From: Eledone cirrhosa
Taxonomy: Eukaryota
Assembly (NCBI GenBank): GCA_964016885.1
Contig: OZ024753.1
Span: forward strand, 20,832,001-20,896,000
Direction: 5' to 3'
Length of the DNA: 64,000 bases
In this document: piece after piece, positions 51,829 through 63,946 of the stretch
Position numbering within the stretch: position 1 is the stretch's first letter
Layout of the letters: every line of letters starts with the position of its first letter
Program-made: the position numbers and the translations under genes
The notes under the pieces: model-generated
Seen by the model: the letters and a program-made list of their open reading frames with translations, nothing else
What the model was told of the DNA's origin: nothing
The model's database searches: none

Positions 51829-54040
51829 TTTCTTTTATTTGCCACCAGGGCATCAAAAGTGGGACAAGTACAATGGGGGGAGTTTACAAAACAAGGCGTC
51901 CTCAATAAGGAGGAGGCAATAACAATATATAAAAATAAAATAAAATATAACAAAAAATAAAATTTATAACAAAGTCCTCAATAGAGAGGAGGCGCCTTGG
52001 GGGGTCGCACACACCCCCGAAAAAAGTGTGCAACCCTTCTCCTCAGGAGCACAGAGAAGGGGTGCTCCCTTGGTCTTTCATCTTCCTCACCTATAGTCTG
52101 ATGTAGAGTGAAGGCCCATTCACACGGGCCATTCTCGCCACTTTCACCCATCTTTCATAGAAACGGCTGGGGTGCAGCACCTCTCTCTCCATCCTGATCC
52201 TTCTTCCGAAATGATATCGGAAGAAACGGACCAGTTGTTGGCCAGAGAGAAAGGTGCCTGACCTCAGTCCTTTCAGACGCGTCCACCATACAACCTCTTT
52301 CGCCATGGCTATTACGCACAGAAACACCGCCTCTGCTTCATCTTTGAAGGGGGGAGGCGGCTTGATCATTACAATAGACTCGGTGGTCAACCGGATCGGT
52401 CCCACCCTTGACAGCAGTTGTTCGACATAGCCCCACAGATCGGCTACGCCCGAGCAGTGTACCAATGCGTGTGCAACGGTTTCCTCGTCGCACACGCATC
52501 TGGGACAGATCTTTTTGGCGGGGTCCCTACCCGGGCGCCCGTGTCTGTAGAGCCTTTCTCGAACGGGTAAAGCCCCTCGGTAGCACTGCCAGGCCAGGGA
52601 CTTCTGGAAGTTGTCCATAGGTCCCGGGCTGAATGTCCTACCGAACAGGCTGGCCAGTTCGTCCTCCTCCATGTCTAGGGCTTCTCCGAGGGCGTCGTCG
52701 CACCTGCTGCGTACCAGCCCTCTATAGAATGTTGCGGTGGAGTCTCCACTGATAACCGGATCCGCCTGCCAGAGGGCGGTGAGCACCTGGGCACACTCAG
52801 TGTGCCAGGCGCCCAGTTTTCTCGGTCTTTGCTTGACCCAGGATTGCAGCTCGGTGAGTGAGACGAGTCTGGGAAAGGTTCGTCTCACAAACGAGGCCCA
52901 CACCGGTTGTCCGGTGAGGAATACGTAGAGGTGCCGTAGCCTTAATGCGTGTTTACGCATCATTAGCCACGGCATCCCCAGCCCTCCTTTCGAAGGGTGT
53001 TGACAGCAGATGGATCTCCTCACCATAGGAGCCCGCCTCTTCCAAAGGAATTGGAAGAGCGCGCGCTCCATCTTGGTGAGGGTTTCCCTTGGGCAGGGCA
53101 CTACGGTCAGGCGGTAGTAGATGACGGACGCTATGTAGGTGTTCGCCACCTCCGCCCGACCTTTCAGGGATAGTTTGCAACTGGCCCACTTCTGGGTCAG
53201 TGCAAACACCCTGTTCGTAACCTCCGCCCAGTTTTTCTCCACCTGGAGGTCCGGTCCGAACCAGACCCCGAGCAACTTCACCGGGCCCTCCGTCCAGCGT
53301 CCGACAACGCCATCGGAGGGCATCGGTCTGCCCCTCCACGTGCCGAGTTGCAAACCGATCGACTTGTCCCGGTTCAGCTTAGCCCCTGTGAACTTTTCGT
53401 ACTCCTCCAGTAAGGTGCCGACCGCCTCGATTTCGGAGGCCGTCGACACCATTACTGTCACGTCATCGGCGTAGGCCGACACCGCTTTCCGCAATCCCGG
53501 TTCCAAAGGGATGCCCTGCAACAACTCCAACTTCCGCAGTAGTGGCTCGAGAGTCAACACATACAGAAGGGAGGAGAGAGGGCACCCTTGTCGGATGGAC
53601 CGCGCGATTTTGAACGGCTCCGAGAGGTAGCCGTTCACCTTGACCCTAGAGCAGATGCGGCTGCTGTGCATAGCAGTGATCCAGCCCCTGAAAACGGGTC
53701 CGAAGCCTGCCGCCGCTAGCACCGCATCCAGGTAACCATGGTCGACCCTACCGAACGCCTTAGATTGATCCAAGTTGATCAGAGCCCCACCAAAGCCGGG
53801 TTCGTTCCCAACCCTCTCTATGATGTATCGCATGAGGTGGAGGTTGTCATGGATGGACCTGGACGGGATAGCGCATGTCTGCGCATCTCCCACCAGGTTG
53901 CCCACGATAAGCGCCAACCTCTTTGCTAGCACCTTGGCCAAAATCTGTAACTCTGTATTTAGCAGAGTTATGGGCCTGAAGTTACTTATTTCGTCCCCCT
54001 TGTTCTCGTCCTTCCTCACTAGCGTGACTACGCCCTTGGT
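51829..54040 (-). mobile_element. 5'-truncated L1/Tx1-type LINE, same family as 38343-43266
   Basis: High identity to 38343-40650 including the 3' UTR. Confidence 0.95.
52091..54019 (-). CDS. Uninterrupted RT plus C-terminal zinc-finger part of LINE ORF2 (642 aa, 5' truncated)
   Basis: RPITLLN, LDQSKAF, QGCPLS, YADD, KLLG, GGLGMP, CPRC...ETVAHALVHC. Confidence 0.9.
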   Translation of the reverse strand: MRKDENKGDEISNFRPITLLNTELQILAKVLAKRLALIVGNLVGDAQTCAIPSRSIHDNLHLMRYIIERVGNEPGFGGALINLDQSKAFGRVDHGYLDAVLAAAGFGPVFRGWITAMHSSRICSRVKVNGYLSEPFKIARSIRQGCPLSSLLYVLTLEPLLRKLELLQGIPLEPGLRKAVSAYADDVTVMVSTASEIEAVGTLLEEYEKFTGAKLNRDKSIGLQLGTWRGRPMPSDGVVGRWTEGPVKLLGVWFGPDLQVEKNWAEVTNRVFALTQKWASCKLSLKGRAEVANTYIASVIYYRLTVVPCPRETLTKMERALFQFLWKRRAPMVRRSICCQHPSKGGLGMPWLMMRKHALRLRHLYVFLTGQPVWASFVRRTFPRLVSLTELQSWVKQRPRKLGAWHTECAQVLTALWQADPVISGDSTATFYRGLVRSRCDDALGEALDMEEDELASLFGRTFSPGPMDNFQKSLAWQCYRGALPVRERLYRHGRPGRDPAKKICPRCVCDEETVAHALVHCSGVADLWGYVEQLLSRVGPIRLTTESIVMIKPPPPFKDEAEAVFLCVIAMAKEVVWWTRLKGLRSGTFLSGQQLVRFFRYHFGRRIRMEREVLHPSRFYERWVKVARMARVNGPSLYIRL

Positions 54041-54074
54041 CAGTAAAAATAGAATAGATGGTCATTGATGTCCG

Positions 54075-54350
54075 TCTAGTTCTTTTGGTATTGGTCTTAG
54101 AATTTTAAGGTCTTAGGTTCAATTCCTGGATCAGTTAACACATTGTGTCTTTGATCAAGATATTTCATTTCCTGCTGTCCAAGTCTACTCAGCTAACAAT
54201 AAGTACAAGTAGCAGCTGGGGTTTACTTTGCCATAGATTGCACTGGTGTCCCATCCAATGGAGAGTTTCTACTCTCATTTGCTTAATGCTACAAGAAACG
54301 AGGTCTGGACTTTGTCCAGCTCAGGCCAACATGGAAAAACATGAAAAATG
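54075..54350 (+). mobile_element. Old SINE family B copy
   Basis: ggttcaattcctgg...gtgtctttgatcaagatatttcatttc. Confidence 0.5.
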
Positions 54351-54710
54351 AATTAAAAATAACTGTTATTAATGTTTTTTACATGGTAAATGATTTTAAC
54401 TCAATTTTCTATCATATATGGACATTTGTCAAAGTCAAATTATATTCTTACATCCCATGAAGATATTGTTACCAACTGTAATAGTCTTTTCATACCATAA
54501 ATATTAGCTGATCTTGGTCTCTGCTGATGCATGAAGGAAACATTGGCATTTCCTCAACAACACTTATGAAGAATTCACATCTGAAATAAAGAACAGTGCA
54601 GAGAAAGCTGTCAGACAAGAAACTTCCCATTAATAACCTGTTAGTAATTATTGTAGTCACCTCAACACTGAGTGATAGCTGTATGGGCCATGACTTAGTT
54701 TTTCATTAAG

Positions 54711-54797
54711 TACACGGGTCAGCTAAAAATTTCATAGGGTGACCAAGATACTCACATAGAATGACCAAATGAGATTTATTTTTCAACATAGTCCCTA
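54711..54797. mobile_element. Possible Tc1/mariner terminal fragment
   Basis: TA|cacgggtcagctaaaaatttcatagg...ttatttttcaacatagtccc resembles mariner ends; partner TIR not seen. Confidence 0.35.
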
Positions 54798-55324
54798 GAA
54801 AAAACACTTTTGACCTTAACAAGGTTCAGTAACTATAGCAGAGATAGGAAACTTGCAGCAATTAAAATGCTTAACCCTTTCATTATCCTATATCTAATGA
54901 AACACACTGCCTATGTGTATCAATTAATTTTGAAAAATAAACCAAACATTTGGAGGTATTCGATATAATAACTAAGTTTTTTATTAGTAAGCTGATCTCC
55001 CACAATGCTGTGCCATGACAAAAGACACAAACTTTACCCTATATGTTGATCTGGCACCACAACAATAAAAGTACCCAGTTCACACTGTAATGTGGTTGCT
55101 GTTAAGAATGGCATCCAGCCGTAGAAACCAAGCCAAAAATACAAAACGTGGTCAGTGGAAGGTAGATTTTGGAATACATTAAATGCAGCAAAGATGTTAG
55201 TTTGTTACCTGTTATTTGACTTACCTGTCCTAATAAGAACATTTTTAATAAGAAGTAAGAATCATTTTAAAACCTAATGTGGAAAGTGATATATGTAAGA
55301 ACAGTAAACAATGGAATATGTAAA

Positions 55325-55885
55325 GTGAAGATAAGGGGAAGGTAAGGTGGAGGTAAGGGTAAGGTTGAGGGGAAGGTAAGGTGGAGGTAAGGGTATATGG
55401 GAGGTGATAGGAAGGTAAGGTGGAGGTGAGGGGAAGGTAATGTGGGGGGAAGGGAAGGTGGAGGTAAGGGGAAGGTGAGGGGAAGGTAAGGGGAAGTTAA
55501 GTTGGAGGTGAGGGGAAGGTAAGGGGAAAGTGAGGGGAAGGTAAGCGGAAGGTAAGGTGAGGAGGAAGGTAAGGGGAAGTTAAGTTGGAGGTGAGGGGAA
55601 AGTAAGTGGAAGGTAAGGGGCAGGTGAGGGGAAGGTAATGTGAAGTTAAGTTGGAGGGGAGGGGATGGTAAGGGGAAGGTAAGATGAAGGTAAGGGGAAG
55701 TTAAGTTGGAGGTGAGGGGAAAGTAAGGGGAAGGTAAGGCTAAGGTGAGGGGAAGGTATGTGAAGGTGAGGGGAAGTTAAGTTGGAGGTAAGGGGAAGGT
55801 AAGGTGGAGGTAAGATGAAGGTGAGGGGAAGGTGAGGGGAAGGTAAGGGGAAGGCAAGGGGAAGGTGAGGTGAAAGTAAGGTGAA
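55325..55885 (+). repeat. Purine-rich 11-bp-based minisatellite GGT(A/G)AGGGGAA
   Basis: Direct reading. Confidence 0.9.
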
Positions 55886-56147
55886 GAAACCAAATAGTTA
55901 CCTGGTAATCTTTGTTTTTTTGTTGTTGTTTCTTTCATCCTAAAATGTTAGGACTTAAAATTTCCTTGAATATCTGTAAGTTATGTTAGTTATATTTACA
56001 GACTCGTCCTAGCCATGTTAGTGTGGAAGATGAATGTTAAACGATGATCACCCGATTCCACAGTAGTTAATATCTCACACCTAATAACAAGTCAATACAA
56101 TAATAATATAATTATTATATCATTAGAATCATTGTATCAGATTAACA

Positions 56148-56352
56148 GTAATTGGTAGAGCATCAGACAACATGCTTTGTAGCAAATAGTTACGGCCCTT
56201 TATGTTCTGAGTTCAAATCCTGCTGAGATTAACTTTACTTTACATCTTTACGGGGTCAATAAAATAAAGTACCTGTAATGCACTGGGGTTGATTTAGTCT
56301 CCTTTCTCCTCCCAAAAAATTGTTGGCCTTGTGCCTAAATCAGAAACCATTA
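56148..56352 (+). mobile_element. SINE family A copy
   Basis: ctgagttcaaatcctgctgagattaactttac...aataaaataaagtacc. Confidence 0.8.
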
Positions 56353-56614
56353 TACCATTAATTATAATCATAAATTGATACCATTAGTTCCTCATAAGCA
56401 ACATTTTTAGCAGTAATAAATAAAGTTTCAAAAAGCTGGTACATTGCAGTAGAACTACACTTATTATATATCTCACAATGCTTTATATTGACTTTACTTT
56501 ATTTTTACCAGTAGTTTTCCCTCGTTCTTTTCTTTAATTGTTGGTATTAATTAATCTAACAAAGACACCGGTTAATGTCCTGGCTCTAGAGAATATAACA
56601 CTTAACTATACATG

Positions 56615-59050
56615 TCATCTTCACACGTCCATTTTCCACATTAACACGAGTTGCCCCATTATGAGACAAGTTAGATCAGGTGACCATGCCTTGCTCAATC
56701 AGAAAGATTCTGGCTTGTTTTTTTACAGCTGTATGCTCTTCATAATGCAAACCACATTTACAGTGTGTACTGGGTGCTTTTTATCATGGCACCAAGAAGA
56801 CCACTTTACAGTGTGGACTGGATGTTTTTTATCATGGCACCAAGACAACCACTTTACAGTGTGGACTGGATGCTTTTTATCATGGCATCAAGACGACCAC
56901 TTTACAGTGTGAACTGGGTGCTTTTTATTGTGGCACCAAGACAACCACTTTACAGTGTGGACTGGATGCTTTTTATCATGGCACCAAGACAACCACTTTA
57001 CAGTGTGGACTGGATGCTTTTTATCATGGCACCAAGACGACCACTTTACAGTGTGAACTGGGTGCTTCTTATTGTGGCACCAAGACAACCACTTTACAGT
57101 GTGAACTGGGTGCTTCTTATTGTGACACCAAGACAACCACTTTACAGTGTGAACTGGGTGCTTTTTATTGTGGCACCAAGACAACCACTTTACAGTGTGA
57201 ACTGGGTGCTTCTTATTGTGGCACCAAGACAACCACTTTACAGTGTGAACTGGGTGCTTTTTATTGTGACACCAAGACAACCACTTTACAGTGTGAACTG
57301 GGTGCTTCTTATTGTGACACCAAGACAACCACTTTACAGTGTGAACTGGGTGCTTCTTATTGTGGCACCAAGACAACCACTTTACAGTGTGAACTGGGTG
57401 CTTTTTTATTGTGGCACCAAGACAACCACTTTACAGTGTGAACTGGGTGCTTTTTATTGTGACACCAAGACAACCACTTTACAGTGTGAACTGGGTGCTT
57501 CTTATTGTGACACCAAGACAACCACTTTACAGTGTGAACTGGGTGCTTCTTATTGTGGCACCAAGACAACCACTTTACAGTGTGAACTGGGTGCTTCTTA
57601 TTGTGGCACCAAGACAACCACTTTACAGTGTGAACTGGGTGCTTCTTATTGTGACACCAAGACAACCACTTTACAGTGTGAACTGGGTGCTTCTTATTGT
57701 GACACCAAGACAACCACTTTACAGTGTGAACTGGGTGCTTCTTATTGTGGCACCAAGACAACCACTTTACAGTGTGAACTGGGTGCTTCTTATTGTGGCA
57801 CCAAGACAACCACTTTACAGTGTGAACTGGGTGCTTCTCATTGTGGCACCAAGACAACCACTTTACAGTGTGAACTGGGTGCTTCTTATTGTGACACCAA
57901 GACAACCACTTTACAGTGTGAACTGGGTGCTTTTTATTGTGACACCAAGACAACCACTTTACAGTGTGAACTGGGTGCTTCTTATTGTGACACCAAGACA
58001 ACCACTTTACAGTGTGAACTGGGTGCTTCTTATTGTGGCACCAAGACAACCACTTTACAGTGTGAACTGGGTGCTTCTTATTGTGACACCAAGACAACCA
58101 CTTTACAGTGTGAACTGGGTGCTTCTTATTGTGACACCAAGACAACCACTTTACAGTGTGAACTGGGTGCTTCTTATTGTGGCACCAAGACAACCACTTT
58201 ACAGTGTGAACTGGGTGCTTCTTATTGTGGCACCAAGACAACCACTTTACAGTGTGAACTGGGTGCTTCTCATTGTGGCACCAAGACAACCACTTTACAG
58301 TGTGAACTGGGTGCTTCTTATTGTGACACCAAGACAACCACTTTACAGTGTGAACTGGGTGCTTTTTATTGTGACACCAAGACAACCACTTTACAGTGTG
58401 AACTGGGTGCTTCTTATTGTGACACCAAGACAACCACTTTACAGTGTGAACTGGGTGCTTCTTATTGTGACACCAAGACAACCACTTTACAGTGTGAACT
58501 GGGTGCTTCTTATTGTGACACCAAGACAACCACTTTACAGTGTGAACTGGGTGCTTCTTATTGTGACACCAAGACAACCACTTTACAGTGTGAACTGGGT
58601 GCTTCTTATTGTGGCACCAAGACAACCACTTTACAGTGTGAACTGGGTGCTTCTTATTGTGACACCAAGACAACCACTTTACAGTGTGAACTGGGTGCTT
58701 TTTATTGTGGCACCAAGACAACCACTTTACAGTGTGAACTGGGTGCTTCTTATTGTGGCACCAAGACAACCACTTTACAGTGTGAACTGGGTGCTTTTTA
58801 TCATGGCACCAAGATGACCATTTTACAGTGTGAACTGGGTGCTTCTTATTGTGGCACCAAGACAACCACTTTACAGTGTGAACTGGGTGCTTCTTATTGT
58901 GACACCAAGACAACCACTTTACAGTGTGAACTGGGTGCTTCTTATTGTGGCACCAAGGCAACCACTTTACAGTGTGAACTGGGTGCTTCTTATTGTGGCA
59001 CCAAGACAACCACTTTACAGTGTGAACTGGGTGCTTTTTATCATGGTACA
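56615..59050 (-). repeat. RTE 3' UTR (56615-56750) whose internal 48-bp unit is expanded to ~48 copies (56750-59048)
   Basis: Unit ACCACTTTACAGTGTGAACTGGGTGCTTCTTATTGTGRCACCAAGACA; flank matches 34995-35140. Confidence 0.95.
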
Positions 59051-60134
59051 TAAATCCCCATGGTGTTATGTTTTTTAATTTCCATTTAATAAACTAATCT
59101 AACAGAAAACTGAGTTTTTTGTGAAATAAGAGATAAATCTGAATCACTAGATGTCAGTTTAACTCTAGGTATTAACGTTTGTTCTTGTCTAGCAGATAAC
59201 AATTAATTGCACTAAAGCACATCTGTTAAATGGTTGAGAATTTAAATAAAGATAAATTTTAGTTCAATAAGAAAAATATATTCTCTTCACTATTTCTCCT
59301 TTTTTATGACAACTACAACCATCAGTTCTATAGACCTCTTTCCTCGAATTGTAACTCTTTAACAGCTACTATAGTTCTCAATATAGCATGATATGTGTAT
59401 CTGAGAATATGGGTAATTATATGTCTGTATCACTATACATTATTTCTCCTACCTCTAACCTATATTATCTTCCTCTCTTAAACACTCTCCCCCATTATTT
59501 CACTACTTTTCACCCTTACTCCCTTAAACCCTCTTCTAACCCTCCTATTTCCCCTACCTCTCACCCCTATTTGCCCCTCTGTTAAACCTTCTCATTTCTC
59601 TCCCACCTTATTTTCCCTACCTCTCACCCCTATTTGCCCCTCTGTTAAACCTTCTCCTTTCTCTCCTTCTCTCCCACCTTATTTCCCCTGCCTCTAAGCC
59701 TTACTACATACCTCTGTTAAAACCTCTCCTTTCTCCTCTTTTTACTTGTCATTTCACTCAGCATACAGCATCTCCCTTCATCACCTTTAAAAGCATCACA
59801 TATATACATTGATGCACAAGCAGAAACACAATATAAATGCTAATCTTGTAAAATTCTTAAAAAAGTAATTAAAATGTCAGTTTCAATTTTTATTCCTTAT
59901 TTTGATATTTATAATTACATTTTCACAATAAAAGTAATTACATTTTTTATACTTTTTTATTCAAATATAAGCTGACCCGAACATAAGCCAAACCCAATCA
60001 TTAGGGGAGGTGGTGATTAGGATGGGTGGAGGTCAGCCAAGAGATTTTAAGAAAAAGGATTCTTTGAAAAAACTATGTTTAGAGAAATATACACAGTGAT
60101 ACAAAGGCAAATTAAAACGCATTCACAATAATTA

Positions 60135-61185
60135 CCTATAGCCAAACACATACATCTCCAAGAGACCAGTGTCTATCCTTAGGGCATCAATATATGTCAA
60201 CTTCGGTCTCCCTCTTCTAGTGTGTCCATGTAGGGGCTCCCACAGGAGCACTGAGTGCAGTGTCATCTCTGAATGTTGGTGAACATGTCCAGTTAACCTC
60301 AGTCTCCTCTGTGTTACTTTCGAGCTGACTTTTGGGAGGCTCCCATACAGCTCTGAGTTCTTCATCCTCACTGTATACTGATTAATGTTCAGAGCTATCC
60401 TCAGTATTCTCGTGTAGCACCCATCCACCATCTCCATGAGTTTCTTGGTCAGTGTCCAAGTCTCAGACCCATACAGTAGCACAGACTCCAATGTAGCAAG
60501 GAAAAGACAGATCTTCAGGTCTTTACAAAGGTCTGACTTCCATACTGATCTCAAACTGTAGCATGCTGCTCAGGCTTTGCTCTTCCTCTCGACCACATTA
60601 TCCTCTGTGTTCCCAATCTTTGTTCCAAGATACTGGAATCCTCAACCAACTCTAGCGGCTTCCCGCCTACATTCATAATCTTCTCTGGCTTCTTAATGTT
60701 CACTACCAGATACTTCGTCTCATTCATTCTCAGCCCACACTCATCGACACAGTCTCCACCCCCTGCATCAACTCCTCTGCCTCCTTCACTGTATTTGTCA
60801 CCAAAACTATGTCGTCAGCAAATTCAGCATCTGATATTTTTTTCGCCTTAACTCTCCTGTTCTGAGCTGGTGTTACAGTAAAGCCAGAGTCCTGGTGTTT
60901 CTCCAGTGCAAGATGCATACAATAGTCCACTGTGATGATAAAAAGGTAGGGAGCCAATGTATCTCCCTGGAGCACTCCAGCCAGTATCTCAAAGAACTCT
61001 GTCATCCCATCAGGTGTAATGACTTGGGCTCTGGTGTTGGTGTAGAACAGTAATATCAGGTCCACTATCTTCTTGGGGATTCCATAAGCCTGTAAGATCT
61101 TCATTAGGCAGTGATGGTCCACTGAATCAAAGACCTTTCTAAAGTCAATGACAGATAGAAGGCTCTTTGCTCTAGCTCCCATGAG
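60135..61185 (-). mobile_element. Decayed RTE-type LINE RT fragment
   Basis: IDFRKVFDSV, GVLQGDTLAPYLF, FADD, VLLYGSETWTL, RRLRLTGHV. Confidence 0.9.
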
Positions 61186-61508
61186 AATGCATTAAATGTC
61201 TGTGCATGAGAATGTGTGTATGTATATGTATGTATGTATATGTGAGTCTATGTATGTATGTGTACTACATGTGAGAGAGTGAGTGCGTAGGTTTTTTATG
61301 TACGTGTGTGTGATCGTATATATGTGGATATATTTCTGTATTTATATCCGTTATTTTTGTTTTGGATTTTGTTTCTAACCGTTTTTATTTTCTAATGCTC
61401 GAGATACACGGGCCGTTGAATTCGAGGCCCGTGATTTGTCATTCTACATGCTTGTCTGTGTTTGGATGGTCCACAGATTTGATGTGATTTTTGTTGTGTT
61501 GACACTGA

Positions 61509-62028
61509 TCTGAGGATCAGGCAGACTTGAAGTCTAGTCAGGGGTGCCAACCCAGGTCTGAGGATGAGGCAAACTTGGAGTCTAGTCTGGAGTGCCAACC
61601 CAGGTCTGAGGATGAGGCAAACTTGGAGTCTAGTCTGGGGTGCCAACCCAAGTCTGAGAATCAGGCAAACTTGGAGTCTAGTCTGGGGTGCCAACCCAGG
61701 TCTGAGGAACAGGCAGATTGGAGTCTAGTCTGGGGTGCCAACCCAGGTCTGAGGAACAGGCAGATTGGAGTCTAGTCTGGGGTGCCAACCCAGGTCTGAG
61801 GATCAGGCAGACTTGGAGTCTAGTCTGGGGTGCCAACCCAGGTCTGAGGATCAGGCAGACTTGGAGTCTAGTCTGGGGTGCCAACCCAGGTCTGAGGATC
61901 AGGCAGACTTGGAGTCTAGTCTGGGGTGCCAACCCAGGTCTGAGGATCAGGCAGACTTGGAGTCTAGTCTGGGGTGCCAACCCAGGTCTGAGGATAAGGC
62001 AGACTTGGAGTCTAGTCTGGGGTGCCAA
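61509..62028 (+). repeat. 11-copy 47-48 bp minisatellite TCTGAGGATCAGGCAGACTTGGAGTCTAGTCTGGGGTGCCAACCCAGG
   Basis: Unit starts at 61509, 61557, 61605, 61653, 61701, 61748, 61795, 61843, 61891, 61939, 61987. Confidence 0.97.
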
Positions 62029-62070
62029 CTGAGATACCAGCAAGCTGCTTAAGAAACATTTGTAACCAGG
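61982..62070 (+). ncRNA. Candidate type I hammerhead ribozyme with 58-nt stem II, overlapping the last minisatellite unit
   Basis: CCAGGU-CUGAGGA-[UAAGGCAGACUUG...CAAGCUGCUUAA]-GAAA-CAUUUG-UA-ACCAGG; AATAAA follows. Confidence 0.72.
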
Positions 62071-62134
62071 ATTGAGCAATAAATTTCTTGCGTAACACCT
62101 CCATATTGTTCTTATTATATGTATATATATAATC

Positions 62135-62378
62135 CATCATCATCATCGATTAACATCTATCTTCCACGCTCACATGGGTTAGACAAGTTTGTCCCATTTA
62201 GAAGCAAGTTGAGTCAGGTGACCATGTCTTGCTCATATAGAAGTGTTTCTGGCTGGTTTTCTATGGCTGGATGTCCTTCCTAGTTCCAACCACATTGACA
62301 GTGTGTGCTGGGTACTTTTTGTCGTGTCTCCTACATGACCACTTTACAGTGTGAGCTGGGTGTTTTGTGGTACCAGTA
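62135..62378 (-). mobile_element. RTE 3' UTR fragment with (CAT)n tail
   Basis: Similar to 34971-35210. Confidence 0.8.
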
Positions 62379-62699
62379 TAACACACATATATATATATAT
62401 ATGTACATGCATGCATCATGATACTGATATACATATATATATATATTTGTGTGCACTTACATATACCATACATATACATATATATATATAGATATATACT
62501 CACATATCATACATATACATACACACATTATATATATATACTCACATATATATATATATCATCATCATCCTTGTAATTAAACATCCATCTTCATGGGAAG
62601 GATGGATTGACCATTAGGGAGAAAAACACGTCAGAGGACCATGTTTAGCTCACTTGACATACATGCACACACATACATACAAATAGACTTATACACACG

Positions 62700-63500
62700 T
62701 AAAAGGCATGCATGTAAGTAAAGAGTACTTACATAAGCTCAGTACTGTAAGATGGAGCGAAAGAGGGTGTAGGTGGGGTGGAACGGAGGGAGAGGGAAGG
62801 GGTATATGTTGAGTATAGTGTTTTTTGAAACTATCATTCTGGAGGCAGAACTGGTTTACCGGATTTATATGTTACGTAGTTATTGTGCATGCAGAGTTCG
62901 GCCAGTGTTCAGAGGGTTTGTTCAGGGTCAGGCCCTTGGCAAATAATATTTCATAGCTCTCCAAAATACAAAGGTCGCAGCACTTATGACCACCTATATA
63001 TTAGCACGCTCTGGAGTAATTTCCATTTGAGCATGACGGAGGAGGGTTCATCTTGAGATGCCAGACTTCAGCAGCTAGTCTCATTTGGTTGGATATGACC
63101 TTGTCTTCTGAACGAGTGGGTATGGGTTCATCACCAGATCTTAAAATTAGATGTCATTCTGATATATGTTTTTATGCTGTTGTCAATGCCTGAGACAACA
63201 TCGCATTTATATATGATGTCATTTATCAGGCATTTGTTTTCGAGTGGGCATGCTTCCTTATTGTGGAAATTGCACAAGGGTCCCATCAAGGGGTAGTTTC
63301 AGGGCTAGCAGGCTTATTTAATTTAGTAGTGTTGAGGTTGGCTATATTCCTAGCTAAGTTAGGTGTAGTGGATTTTTTTTTTCGCCTGGAAGTGAAAGAT
63401 ACCAAGTTGTTGTCACAACACCTTTCTAGGAGAGGGAAACTCTGAAAAAAAACCTGTGGCTTCGGAAGCATCCAATGATGTTGACCAGTTCTCCTTTTTG
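62700..63500 (-). mobile_element. Second Penelope-like element, decayed GIY-YIG region of a different lineage
   Basis: Manual translation: [12 protein letters not shown]...LCNFHNKEACPLENKCLINDIIYKCDV...KTYIRMTSNFK...HKCCDLCILESYEILFAKGLTLNKPSE. Confidence 0.75.
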
Positions 63501-63524
63501 TATATATATATATATATATGTATA

Positions 63525-63577
<53 letters not shown>

Positions 63578-63582
63578 GTATG

Positions 63583-63671
<89 letters not shown>

Positions 63672-63723
63672 GTAAATATATATGTATATATATATGTGTA
63701 TATATATATATGTATATATATAC
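63500..63723. repeat. (TA)n microsatellite with G interruptions
   Basis: Direct reading. Confidence 0.95.
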
Positions 63724-63946
63724 AGTATTGACGTATCGAGAGAGAGATAAAAAAAAAGGAGGGAGGATAGGTGATACATATAGTTATTTGCCAAGTAGCG
63801 TATGCCAAAGGTGCTCGATACTAGTGCCGGCAGTATTAAATATTCGAAGTGTTAATATTTAGTGGGCTAGAGAGTTAGCAGAGCGTAAGCACGTGGGAAA
63901 GTAGGAAATCGGAGAATAGACCATTAAAACATGTTTATTTAAAACA

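Noticed and set aside
55220-55945. Two small minus-strand exon-like segments (~55227-55274 and ~55903-55940)
   Set aside because: Splice-like signals only, no coherent reading frame or recognisable product
56765-59053. 762-, 564- and 468-aa repeat ORFs, Cys/His-rich
   Set aside because: 48-bp unit open in several frames on both strands and derived from a LINE UTR; no sign of coding constraint
56750-62028. CRISPR-like appearance of the two 48-bp arrays
   Set aside because: No unique spacers, no cas genes, eukaryotic context
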